Shown here: piece after piece, positions 11,972-23,467 of the stretch
Position numbering within the stretch: the first letter of the stretch is position 1
How the letters are laid out: each line of letters opens with the position of its first letter
Source of the DNA: Fonticula alba ATCC 38817
Lineage: Eukaryota > Protista > Nucleariida
Length of the DNA: 58,871 nt
Direction: 5' to 3' (one strand)
NCBI GenBank assembly: GCA_000388065.2
Contig: KB932205.1
Program-made: the position numbers and the translations under genes
The notes under the pieces: model-generated
What the model saw: only the letters and a program-made list of their open reading frames with translations
Database searches by the model: none
Told to the model about the DNA's origin: nothing

Positions 11972-12345
11972 TTAGTGCTGAGAGTGCTCCTCCTTGACAC
12001 CGAGGACAGACTTGAAGTAGTCAGACTCAGCAATGAGGGCGGCTGGATGGACGCACGTGCGTGAGTGTGTGTGTGTGTGTTAGAAAGGGAGGGAAAGACA
12101 GACAGCGAGACGGTCAGCCACAAGGCATCAGGTGGGGGGGGGGGGGGGGGGCGAGGGCGGACGCATGCTGCCAGGAGGAAGCACGAAGCGAGGAGAAGGG
12201 GGCACCACATGCCCAGGCTCAGGGGGTACGCACGGTTCTTGGCAGCAGAGAGCTGGAGCTTGGTGATGAAGAACATGGTGACAAGACCACCGGCGAAGAA
12301 GGTGCCGGCGTGCTTCATGCGGTTGAAGAAGAGGGAGGGACGCAT
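11972..12345 (-). CDS. ATP18: Small single-TM protein, probable mitochondrial ATP synthase subunit j (ATP18 / 6.8PL-like), 60 aa
   Basis: Exons 12345-12234 and 12042-11972 (GTGCGT...CAG, phase 1) give MRPSLFFNRMKHAGTFFAGGLVTMFFITKLQLSAAKNPALIAESDYFKSVLGVKEEHSQH*. The FFAGGLVTMFFITKLQ segment resembles the PFFxGG/AG...YxxxK TM of fungal subunit j. Size matches and codon usage is optimal. Family assigned from recalled similarity only. Confidence 0.55.
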
Positions 12346-15343
12346 TGTGGCTGTGGTGTTGCAAGGAGGCAGAGGAGGTGAGAATGCGTGACACTGTTGG
12401 AGGAGGAGCGTAGGGACAGGGGCCCCAGGGGAGGAGGGTGGGAGAGTAGGAGGAGAGGAGCAGAGAGAGAGAGAGAGATGGGCAATGGACTGGCACGCTG
12501 TTCTGTCCACAAAAGGGACGGCGGGACGCCGACAAGGAGTGCTTTTCCGGGTGAGGGCATGCCACAAGGAACAGCCACAGGGGGGAGGGATGGACGCGCG
12601 CACGCGCATGCACGCGCAGTTGTACACCATTCGTATGAGAGGCCGCCTCCGGTTGTCGGGAGGAGAAGGGGGGGGGGGCAATTGCACCATCGGAGATGTG
12701 GCCGGCAGAGGCCGGCCGAGAAGGAACTGCTGAGCAGCAACTCCCCCCTCTTCCCGCCCCTCCGGCAGAGGAGGAGAACGCGGCGGCAGGTGACTGGATG
12801 TCTGGCGCGGCCCTGTCTCAACAGCAGGTGACAACATGCGCGTGGGCGTGTTCCCCCCCCCCAGCAACGGGGGCACCATCGAACGCCCCTGTCGCCGCAT
12901 GGCGGCCATGCGCCGCATGGCATAAGGAGAGGAGAGCAGGAGGAAGGCGAGAGAAAGAAAGGGGAGGAGGGAAAGGAGAGGGAGAAGGAGAGGCGCAGAG
13001 AGGATAAGCAGAGGGCGAAGAGAGGGGGGGGGGCGGGTATGCACAGTGGAGGGAGACGGGAAGACCAGCGGGAAAGATGGAGATTCACGTTCTGTGGCGG
13101 GGATCGGCTGCGCAGCCCGGACACCGGCGATGTTTTCTCCCACCCCAGCATGGTGTTCACCGGCGAAGGGGCACCCGGCCGAGAGCGAGCCGGGGATTGC
13201 GCGGACTGACCTATGGGCCGGAGTGTGCACACAAGGGACCCCCCACGACTGGACGGCCACAGAAGCCCACGGGCCGCGGTCCCGTCGCCCTCGCCGTCCC
13301 CGGGCCCCGGAGCCAACCACCAAAGGGGCCCTGCCTGACGGACGACGCCTCGCGCCACACCCAAGAAGCATGCTATTCAGTCGGCAGATGGTCACCCGCC
13401 CCCCGCCCCCCGTCGTCCCCCTCCCCGCCGCCCCCCGCAAGGGTGCCTCTGCCCCGGCCGGGAGGGGGGCCGGCCAGCCGCGGCTGGCCTGGCGAGACAG
13501 TCTCCGTGCCCTATGGATGGAGTGTCGCCCCAGCCGCCTGCCCAGGACCACAATGCCCCGGAAAGCCCGCGCGCAGGCACCAGTTCCCAACAATGCCCAC
13601 CCCCTCCCCCTCAGCATCCCCTGCCGCCCTCGCAAGGAGGAGTAACGAGCGAGAGCGATGCGCGAGCCGAAGGAGCAGCATCCCAGACGGGTGAGCCTCC
13701 CGGGGTTTAGGGTTACCTGCGTGATCATCGGTGGGAATGGTATTGTTGTCTGCTCGGCGTGATTGCCCAGCGCGAGATGCCGAGTCGACATGGATGTCCA
13801 GAATTGCCCTGCCTCACCACGGTCGATGGGCACGCGCCGTTTGGGAGGCGAGAGGGCGGGGCCTCCGCGAACTCCTCCAAGGGGGGAGGGGGAGGACGTC
13901 GACTCCCCTTGTCCCCAGCCCCCTGCCCGCGCCCCCTCGAAAGGGGCCGGCGAGCTACGTCGCGTCCCATCGGCTGTTTGAGGCCTCGCGTTGGTTGAGG
14001 CCCGTCTAGAGACGGGCCACGCATGTGAGGCAGTCGGGCTAGTGAGAGCCAAACGAGAGGGACACAGGGCATGCCGGCCTGCCCTTGTGCCGCTTGTCCC
14101 AGACGCCCGCCAGGGGCGGCCCGGGCCCCATTAAAGATGCTTTGAAAAAGCCTGATGATATATCAAGGGTTCCGGTACTGGTGTGTGTGTGTGTGTGTGT
14201 CCCCTGTCGTGGGCTCGTTTGCTTACCAAACACCTGCGCAAGGGTGGGCCCGCCCCTGGGTGGGTACTCGCCTTGTGGGATTTTTCGCCGCGCCTTGCCC
14301 CCCCCCTTCCCCCCGTCTGGCGGCGCCTGAGCCTTGCACAGGGCATCAACTCGGGTGCAGGCACACACACGACCATGGCCTCATGCGCGGCTGGCAACCC
14401 TGCTCGCTTCGCACGCCTACGCACACCGAAGCATGCACGCCCGCGCGCCCGCACCTGCGGTGGGGGGGACGTGCGAGACCGGGCCCGACACACGGCCCCC
14501 TCCTGGGCCTATCCCCCCGACGGCGCCCGGTCGAATAGCCCTGGCCGGCATTTTTAGGTCCTTCGTTGCCGACGAGCCCCCGGGCCGGTGTGTGCGCCTG
14601 CTGTGGCCATCCGGGCGGGGAGTGCGTTGGTGTCAGAGGGGCAACGCAACCACCCGTGTGCGCGCGCGCTCAGGCGGCCGTGTATTATTCCGCGCACGCG
14701 CGTGCGCTAGCTAGCTAGCCAGCCTGGCACTCGGGCTGGGGCCCGAGACTGGGCGGCCATGGTCGGAGGGGGGCGGGGAGGGGCGGAGCCAGGGCGGCGT
14801 CGGCCGGCGTGTCTCCTGGCGGTGCCTCGCATTTCCCCTATGACAAGCCGAGTCCCGCGGTGCCGCCGCGAAGACTGGCCCAAATCCGCTTCCCCCTCCC
14901 CCCTCAGACCACCCCAAACTCCCGGGCCAGGCGAGGGGCTCCCGACGGTATCCTCCCCGCGCCCAGCCATTGGTCCCGCCGCGCGGAGCGTCCAGGCAGG
15001 AGGGGAGAAAGACCGAACGAGGCAGTGGCGGGGGTGGGGGCAGGGAGGGCATGACTGCGTTGCTCTCGGGCCGGCGTGCCTGGGCCAAGGGCTCCGAGGG
15101 GGGTGGATACCAAAAAAGGTCCCATTGACTTGACCTGCCCGCCGGGACGCTCGCCCTCGGATCTCAGGCTCAATTCCCCTTTGCTTGTTTTTCCCACTCG
15201 TAAGTCCCGCTGCCCCTGCCTCCTTTTACTCGTGCTCTTGCTCCCCGTCACACTCTCATGCTTTCCCCGTGGCAACTGACCAGCGGCCTCCCTCCGCCCC
15301 CTCCCTCCCGCCCCCACCATGCCTCGTCTGTGCCAGCCCAACA

Positions 15344-18300
15344 ATGTGTGCGTGTCCTTCTCCTCGCTGGTCTTCTCTCTCTCTCTCTCTCCCTCTCCCT
15401 CTCCCTCTCCATCTGGCTCGCCTCCTCCCAGGACCTCCTGCTAACCTTCTGCATCCCCCTTCGTCCCTGGGCACGCCGCTTACACACGCACACACACACA
15501 CACACACACCAGCCGGTCCCCAGGCTAACCCCTTCCAGAAGGTCCAGCAGGACCTCGTCGTCGGCGAGAAGGCTTTCAAGTACTTCTCCATCCCGGCCCT
15601 GAACGACAAGCGTGTCGAGCAGCTCCCTTTCTCCATCCGTGTGCTGCTTGAGGCGGCCATTCGTAACTGCGACGAGTTCGTCGTCAACTCCTCCGATGTC
15701 GAGAACATCCTTGACTGGGTCAACACCAGCGAGAAGGACATCGAGATCCCCTTCAAGCCCTCTCGTGTGGTCCTCCAGGATTTCACGTGCGTACCCACGC
15801 CGCTCCTCCCCCCCCCTTGCTTGCCCGGCCCTGCCCCTGGCCCTGTCGCTGTCTCCCTTCCCCTCCTTCCCCCTTCCCCCTCCCTCCCCCGCACGCGTCG
15901 ATGACTCACTCCTGCCCCTCCCCATGCCCACAGTGGTGTCCCCGCTGTCGTGGACTTCGCCTCCATGCGTGACGCCATGACCCGCCTGGGTGGTGACCCG
16001 GAGAAGATCAACCCCCTGGTCCCGGCTGACCTGGTCATCGATCACTCCGTCCAGGTCGACTTCTTCGGCACGTGCGTCCGCTGTCTCATCTCCTGCCTCG
16101 CTTTGGCCCATTTGCCGGCCTCCCCCCTTTTCTCCCGTTCTTCCCCCTCCGCCTTTCCCACCCTTCTCTTCATCTTGCCCCCGAAATCCACCCCCACTCA
16201 CAATGCCCCTCCCCCCTCGCCCCCCCCCCCCCGCTGTTCCCTCCTCTTCCTCTCCCCCTCCTCTCCCCATGCGCACAAACAGCGGCGACGCCTACCAGAA
16301 GAACATGGACCTCGAGTTCGAGCGCAACATCGAGCGCTTCCAGTTCCTCAAGTGGGGCGCTGAGGCCTTCAAGAACATGTTCATCGTTCCCCCCGGCTCC
16401 GGCATTGTCCACCAGGTGAACCTGGAGTACCTCGCCCGCCAGGTCTTCCACGACTCCGAGACCGGCACCCTCTACCCGGACTCCGTCGTCGGTACCGACT
16501 CTCACACCACCATGATCAACGGCCTCGGCATTGTTGGCTGGGGTGTCGGCGGTATCGAGGCCGAGGCCGTCATGCTTGGCCAGGCCATCTCCATGGTCCT
16601 GCCCAAGGTCATCGGCTTCAAGCTGACCGGTACCCTGAGCGCCACCGCCACCGCCACCGATCTGGTCCTGACCGTCACCCAGATGCTCCGTGCCAAGGGT
16701 GTCGTCGGCAAGTTCGTCGAGTTCTTCGGCCCCGGCTGTGCTTCCCTGTCCATCGCCGATCGCGCCACCATCTCCAACATGGCCCCGGAGTACGGCGCCA
16801 CCGTGGGCTTCTTCCCGGCCGACGGCAACACCATCAGCTACCTGCGCCAGACCGGTCGCGATGAGGAGCGCCTGGCTTACATCGAGGCTTACCTCAGGGC
16901 CCAGAACCTCTTCCGTGACTATGCCACTTCCGGCTCTGCCGAGGACTCGGTCGTCTTCACCGATGTCCTCGAGCTGGACCTGGCCACCGTGGCCCCCTGC
17001 CTGTCTGGCCCCAAGCGCCCGCACGACCGCGTCCTGCTGAGCGCCATGAAGCAGGACTTCGCCTCCTGCCTGACCAACAAGGTCGGCTTCAAGGGGTTCG
17101 GCATTGCCGAGGAGAAGCTCGCCACTTCTGTCCCCTTCCAGTATGAGGGCCAGTCTTACGACCTGACCCACGGGTCGGTGGTCATCTCCGCCATCACCTC
17201 CTGCACCAACACCTCCAACCCCGATGTCCTGGTGGCGGCCGGTATGCTGGCCCGCAATGCCGTGGAGGCTGGCCTCTCGGTCAAGCCCTACATCAAGACC
17301 TCCCTGTCTCCCGGGTCCGGTGTGGTCACCAAGTACCTGGAGCACTCCGGCCTGCAGACCTACCTGGACAAGCTCGGCTTCTCCGTTGCCGGGTACGGTT
17401 GCATGACTTGCATCGGTAACTCCGGTCCCCTGCCGGAGGCCGTGTCGGCCGCCATCGAGGCTGGCGATCTGGTCGCCGGTGCGGTGCTCTCCGGTAACCG
17501 CAACTTCGAGGGCCGTGTCAACCCCCACACCCGTGCCAACTACCTGGCCTCGCCGCCCCTGTGTGTGGCCTACGCCCTGGCTGGCAACCTGAACGTCGAC
17601 TTCGAGACCGAGCCCATCGGCACCGGCAAGGATGGCCAGGCCGTTTTCCTGAAGGACATCTGGCCCTCTCGCGAGCAGATCCAGGCCGCCGTCAAGGAGC
17701 ACTTCCTGCCCAGCATGTTCAAGGAGGTCTATGATGGCATCACCACCGCCAACGAGTCCTGGAACAAGCTCCAGCCCCCCACCGGTCGCCAGTACGCCTG
17801 GGACACCGAGTCCACTTACATCAAGTGCGCTCCCTTCTTCGATGGTGTCAAGGGTGCCGACACCGAGCCCATCCAGCCCATCATCGGTGCCCGGTGCCTG
17901 CTGAATGTCGGCGATTCCATCACCACCGATCACATTTCCCCGGCCGGGTCGATTGCCAAGAACTCGGCCGCCGCGCGCTACCTGATGGAGCGCGGTGTGG
18001 CCCCTCGTGACTTCAACTCCTACGGTGCTCGCCGTGGTCATGATGAGGTCATGGCTCGTGGTACCTTCGCCAATGTGCGCCTGGCCAACAAGCTGGCCCC
18101 GGCCGTCGGCCCCAAGACCACGCACTTCCCCTCGGGCGAGCTGCTCGATGTCTTCGATGCCGCTGCTCGCTATGGCTCTGAGAAGGTGCCGCTTGTCATC
18201 CTGGCCGGTGCCGAGTATGGTTCCGGTTCTTCTCGTGACTGGGCCGCCAAGGGTCCCTTCCTGCAGGGTGTCCGCGCCGTTGTGGCCGTCACCTATGAGC

Positions 18301-18584
18301 GCATCCACCGCTCCAACCTGGTCGGCATGGGTATCATCCCCCTGCAGTTCAAGGAGGGCGATTCCGCTGATGCCCTTGGCCTGACTGGCAAGGAGACCTT
18401 CGACATTGCCCTGCCCGATGACATCCGCCCTGGCATGGACATCACTGTGGCTGCTGTGGCCGATGACGGCCAGCGCACCGAGTTCCAGGCTGTCCTGCGC
18501 TTCGATACCGAGGTTGAGATTGTCTACTTCCGCAACGGCGGTATCCTGCAGTACATGCTCCGCAAGCTGCTGACCGGCAACTAG
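15344..18584 (+). CDS. ACO1: Cytosolic aconitate hydratase / iron-regulatory protein 1 (AcnA/IRP family), 905 aa
   Basis: Exons 15344-15347, 15513-15786, 15934-16071 and 16283-18584. Begins MSGPQANPF with no mitochondrial presequence. Motifs: [56 protein letters not shown] and [12 protein letters not shown] (three 4Fe-4S Cys), [22 protein letters not shown]. Confidence 0.97.
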
Positions 18585-19063
18585 ATCAAGGATGCTCTCG
18601 GGGCTGTTGGCACTTGTGCGCGTGCGTGATGTGCACACATGTATGTGCACCAGTGTGCGAGGAGGCGGCGTGTGCGTGTGCATGGTGCAGCACACGATGT
18701 TGCCAGTGTCTCTTTTTGCTGCATGCGCGCGCGCCCCCCCCCCCCCCCCGCCCATATCCTCTCTTTCTTGTGCGGATCTCTTCCCCCCTTCTCCCGGTTT
18801 TCTCGTGCGCTCGCCTCCGTGTTCGTTCGATCTCCGTGGATTTGCGCGAAGGAGGAGGGTAGCCGAGGCAGGCTTTTTCCTTCCCCTTGTATGTGCATTC
18901 GCGTGCGCGCGATCGCGCGGGAGAAATACACTTCCATTTGGGATAGGACCCCTTTCTCCTCCCTCCCCCCGCCCGCCCCTCTGCTCTCCTTTTTCTTGCA
19001 TTCTTTTGGGATGGGGATTTCCTTCCCCTGCGTGGCCGTGGAAGCAAGCAAGCTGGCAGGTAG

Positions 19064-19101
<38 letters not shown>

Positions 19102-19313
19102 GTGTGCGGGCACGTGTGGTATGCATCTACTTTTGATTGCTTTATTGTCGTTTCAAGGCAGGAGACATGGTTTGTGTTTTGAGCACCGGGGGATAGGCTC
19201 CCTCAGCATCATACGAGGTCGTGGGAGGGAGGGCGAGAGGGAAGACAGAGGGGAGGAGGACAGACACAGCCGGACCCAACGCAGGGACGAGAGCAGGACT
19301 TCCTCTGTCTCCC

Positions 19314-19652
19314 TCACTTCTTATCCCCGTTCAGCGGAATGATCAGGTTGTCCGGATCGATGAGCTTGTACTCCACTGAGAGAAGATGGAAGTGCCGCAG
19401 GAGCACGCCCTCGGGCTGTGGCACAAGCACCGAGAGGGAGAAGGGTTGTCAGGGTCACGGGAGGGAGGGAGAGGAAGAGAAGAAGGGAAGGGGCACGGCG
19501 AGAGGGAAGTGTAGGAGAGGGAGAGTCGCAACACACGTCGAAGTTCCAGAAATCCTGGGGATGGTTGAAGTAAACGTGAGCCAGAATACGGTACAGACGC
19601 CGGGATGTAGAGGAGAAGTGAGCATCAGCCGAGGACTGGGACACCGTCACCC

Positions 19653-19721
<69 letters not shown>

Positions 19722-20794
19722 GCGTGTGTATGCACCGAGCACCGGCCGAGAGAAGGGGCGTCAGATGTCAGGCAATGGTGGGCGAGATTTGTCCGAACAG
19801 GGACCCGTCCGAACGTACCGGGAGGGGAAGTACTTGTTGTTGTGAAACAGGGCCGACGTCGAATCCAGGAGATGGTTGATGTAATCAATAGCGGGGCACT
19901 ATGCAAAAGTAGAGACGCAGGAAAAAAAAAGCACCCATCGGTGTATGTATGAATATGCGCGTGTTTGGGCGTGAGATGGAGAGGTCAGCACCGCTGTGTG
20001 TAGTGGAAAGGAAAAAGGAGAGGCAGCAAAGGAGAGGAGAGGAGGGCGGCTGCGAGACTCGGCGTGTGTACCTCCTTCGGCCGGGTGTGCGTCGCACACA
20101 GGTATAGTTCATTGGGTGTGGCAAACATCTGCTTGCAGGTGGCCGGGGTGCAGACATCCACCAGTTTGGCGGCCAGCAGCTCCAGCTGCATGCAAATATA
20201 CCTGTGTGGCGGGTGCGTGATAGGGCGGTCAGCCATGGGGAAGGCGCGAAAAGAAAAAAGAAGCAGGATCCACACATGGCCACCCGGGCCCCGAGGCATC
20301 CAACTATGGCCGAGTGGGACAAGGCAAAGGCGCAGTCTGCGCACCTCAGGTGCTCGTGGATCCAGACATTCTTGTCCACATCATCCGGGCAGACAACCGC
20401 GGCTTGCACATTGACCTCCTCTTGCCGGAGGAGATCCTGAATGTACTCTTGCAGGGCAAAGGGGCTGTCCAACTCGGAGAGATTGCGCACGGGCCACTTG
20501 TACGCATCCTGCGTTCGTGATAGGAACCCCACAGATGGGCAGGCAGGGAGAGAGAGAAGGCGAGAGGGGGAGGGGAGGGGGGGGGAGGAGGAGACAGAAG
20601 GAAAGAACATTGTCAGTGATGAAGGCGGACAAAGAGGAAACCGGATATGCGTGTGCACACGCGCGCCAGTCGGATTCGGCGCGCCAGGGTAGAGCACCAC
20701 CAAAACGAAACTCACGGCAGGATGTATGAAGGCAAGGGGCACGAACATCAATGGAGCAGCCGGGCCGCAGGCGACGGCAGACCTGGTCGGTCAT
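19314..20794 (-). CDS. MOB4: MOB-like protein phocein (MOB4/Mob3, STRIPAK subunit), 212 aa
   Basis: Exons 20794-20747, 20508-20345, 20201-20072, 19898-19819, 19651-19537 and 19415-19314. Motifs: RRLRPG, YKWP...LDSPFALQEYIQ, VWIHEHLR, CTPATC...LCATH.RPKECPAIDY, NKYFPSR, RRLYRILAHVYFNH (Zn ligands CxxxxC and HxxxxH), NLIIP. Confidence 0.93.
19656..19716. repeat. (GT)n/(CA)n microsatellite, about 30 units, next to the acceptor of MOB4 intron 4
   Basis: Pure dinucleotide run directly visible; the acceptor AG is at 19653-19652 on the minus strand. Confidence 0.95.
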
Positions 20795-21781
20795 CGGGAG
20801 GGGGGTAGAGGAGCGAAGGGATGGAGGGGAGGGGGGGGGGAATGTCCGGCAGCGAGGATCACGGAGGGCAGGAGGGGCAAAGAGGGGTAAACAGGGCGGG
20901 GATTCGTGGTTGGGATGTGAGCGGCTTCGTCGTCCGCACGAAGCGGTCGCCGATTGGCGCCCCTTTAAGACACTTCATTCCGCCCCGATCACGCGACATG
21001 GTCACCAAACAGTTATAACCAAAATGCGTGGCAGCGGCGGGCTTTGCCATCTTAACTCGGGCAATTGGGCGGCGTCTGGGCGGGGCCTTCCGCCCTGCCA
21101 CCCGGGCGGGCCCTCGCCACGAAGCAGGACCTTCGCCGCTCCTCCTCTGTGCGCCGGGCTGTGCAAGGGACTGTCTGCCCACGGAGCGTGTCTCCCCTCT
21201 ACCCCCTCCCGTCCTCTGCCTCAAGGAGAAAACATTCCAGGCCTACACGAGAGGTTTCCACCGAGCCATTGTGCTGCTTTATCGGGTGTTCATTTTTGGG
21301 AAGGGGGGGGGGGGGGGCGGGCGCCTCTGCACGCCGGGGTACGGGCGCACTGGCACCACGGTCAGCAGGAGCATTCATAGTCGCGGCTCAAGGCAAACGG
21401 ATGTACGTGGCAGTGGCGGCGATAGCGGTCTGTGTTGATGGGCTCCTCCTTCTGGGTGCTGTGAGCCTCAGTGCTTCTCTTTCGGTGGTTGAGGGAGGAA
21501 AGAAGAAGGCACACGCAAGAAGACACGTCGCACGCCGACAAGGCAGGGCACACGTGCCCGCCAGTGCTGCCATCTCGCCGAGTCCCACACGGCCCAGTCA
21601 CAATGCATCGGCTGCATATACATGCGCCGGTCCTTGAGGAAGGCATGCCTGAGAGGGGGGTCGGCGCGAGCGGCGCATCCCATGCAAGGGTGCACGCGGA
21701 CTGTTGTCGGGCACCGGCACACGGGCTCGGTGTGTGGCCGGATGCACATGCCCGCCCGAGGCCTGGATGCAAATGGGATGC

Positions 21782-22761
21782 CTAGCGCGAGGCCAGATCC
21801 GGCCACTGCTCGGGGAAGAAGGTCCGCAGACGCTGGGCCCGCGCGGTCTTCTCCTCCATGGAGGGGGTCTGCCGGTACTTGTCAAGGGAGGAAGTTCGCC
21901 CGGCGGCTTCCTCCAGAGAGAGCGACGGATCTTCCTCCATGCCTGCCAGCATGGCGGCGACTTCGCCGCCCTCGGCCTTCAATTGGCGTAGGATCTCGCA
22001 ATTGTTGTGCTGCAGGTGGACATACATGCTGTCATCGCGAATTTCCTCCGTCATACGGGGCAGAATGTGCGCATGGACATGCTGGGCATGCGCGTGTGTC
22101 AGCATGCCAGGTGGGCCGGGGGTACAAGCACATTGTGTCACGCAGCAGGGCCAAAGACGCACATGAATCGACTGCCCGGAGAAGGGACCATCCTGCACAG
22201 TCATGGAGTAGGAGTTCATGGCCGGCTCGGCAACCTTCAGCGCCTCGGCAATGATGTTGACCGAGTTGAACAGATCCGAGATCTCCTCCGGGGTCAGCTC
22301 ACAGAGAAGCCTGACGCCGCGGCGAGGAATCACCAAAGAGTCTGGGCGGGGTGTGAGGGAGGGTGGTGGTGGTGGTGATGGGAGGGAGAGAGAGAGAGAG
22401 AGAGAGAGGCAAAGATATTGCCCCTGCCAAATGGGCAAAGGGGGAGACACCTCAGGCAAAAGGATGGGGCACGCACGAAATGGCAGCAGGGGATAGGCAT
22501 TCAGAAAGCTTGATCGTCCGCATCCAGCAGGAGGGGGGCAGGCGGTCAGGGGGGGGGGAGTATTGGGATCAGCTTCTTGGAGCCAGGCAGGGCAGGCTAG
22601 GTCATCCGGCTCCTGTGTACGCACCCCAGAGTCAGGGGAGTCTGGTAGAAGATGTTCACAGCGCGCACGGTTACCTGGCCGAACTTGACAACCTTGTCGG
22701 GGCAGAAGAAGTCCTCATATTGGACATTGAGGTTGTGATCGACCGGCAAAATGTCGGACAT
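21782..22761 (-). CDS. FHIT: Bis(5'-adenosyl)-triphosphatase, FHIT/Hnt2-like HIT hydrolase, 215 aa
   Basis: Exons 22761-22625, 22508-22477, 22341-22163 and 22081-21782. Motifs: KFGQ, FLNAYPLLPFHSLVIPRR, ELTPEEISDLF, VQDGPFSGQSIHHVHAHILPR (intact HxHxH triad) and C-terminal SMEEKTARAQRLRTFF. Confidence 0.9.
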
Positions 22762-23467
22762 GGTGCTGGTGGAAAGGAGCCTGGACAAGGGCAGGCGAAT
22801 GAGGGGACCGGTGTGTGCGGAGAGTCGGCAAAGGAGAAGAGACATGCACAGGCGCCGGGTTGCAAGGGCTGGAGGAAGGGGGGGGGAAAAAAAAGAAGCA
22901 GCCGGGCAAGTTGATCGAAGTCGGCAGGCCCGGGCTTGGTAGCAGCGGCAGCCTGCCCAAAAATGCCGCCAGTGGGACGGTCCGTTCAGCGCACGGCTTG
23001 GGCGGGCCATGTCCGGCATCCGCCGCTTTGTGGAGCCCGGTCGGGGCGGCGACTGTGCGGGGTTCTGTGATCGCAGAGGGCATCGCGGCCGAGTGGCAGC
23101 CTGCAGGATTGGCACCTGGCTGGTCTTTTTATGCCGGGGAGTTCACCGGACATATTTCCTCTGTGGCCGAGGTGTGTGTGTGCTTGCGCGCGTGTGATAG
23201 TGAGGGGGGGGGGGGGGGGAGTGGCGATGCTAGACAGCCCAAAGCAGGGCAAGGGAGGGCGACAGAGGGCGGGAGGCTCCTGTCCCTGACACTTGACCGC
23301 CGGCCGCGCTTTGGGCGGATCATGGTCATCCGCTGGGTGTTTTCTTGATAAGCAGCCGAGAACTCGGGGAGGCTCCTGCACCACGGGCAGCCACTTCTGT
23401 GACCACCTGTCCTGCCGCCTTTCCGCCTCCCCCCTCCCCCCTCCTCCACCCGCCCTCCCTGAAAACC

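Noticed and set aside
11968-14052. 694-aa minus-strand ORF
   Set aside because: Low-complexity Arg/Pro/Gly sequence that reads through microsatellites and introns. Only 12345-12234 is real coding sequence (ATP18-like exon 1).
18640-18665. CAGTGT hexamer just after the ACO1 stop, a possible iron-responsive element
   Set aside because: The flanks cannot form the 5-bp upper stem with a bulged C that a canonical IRE needs.
16170-19001. 943-aa antisense ORF over ACO1, and similar antisense ORFs at 7591-9036, 38714-39928 and 56051-57103
   Set aside because: These are mirror ORFs caused by strong GC3 bias on the sense gene, with no independent motifs.
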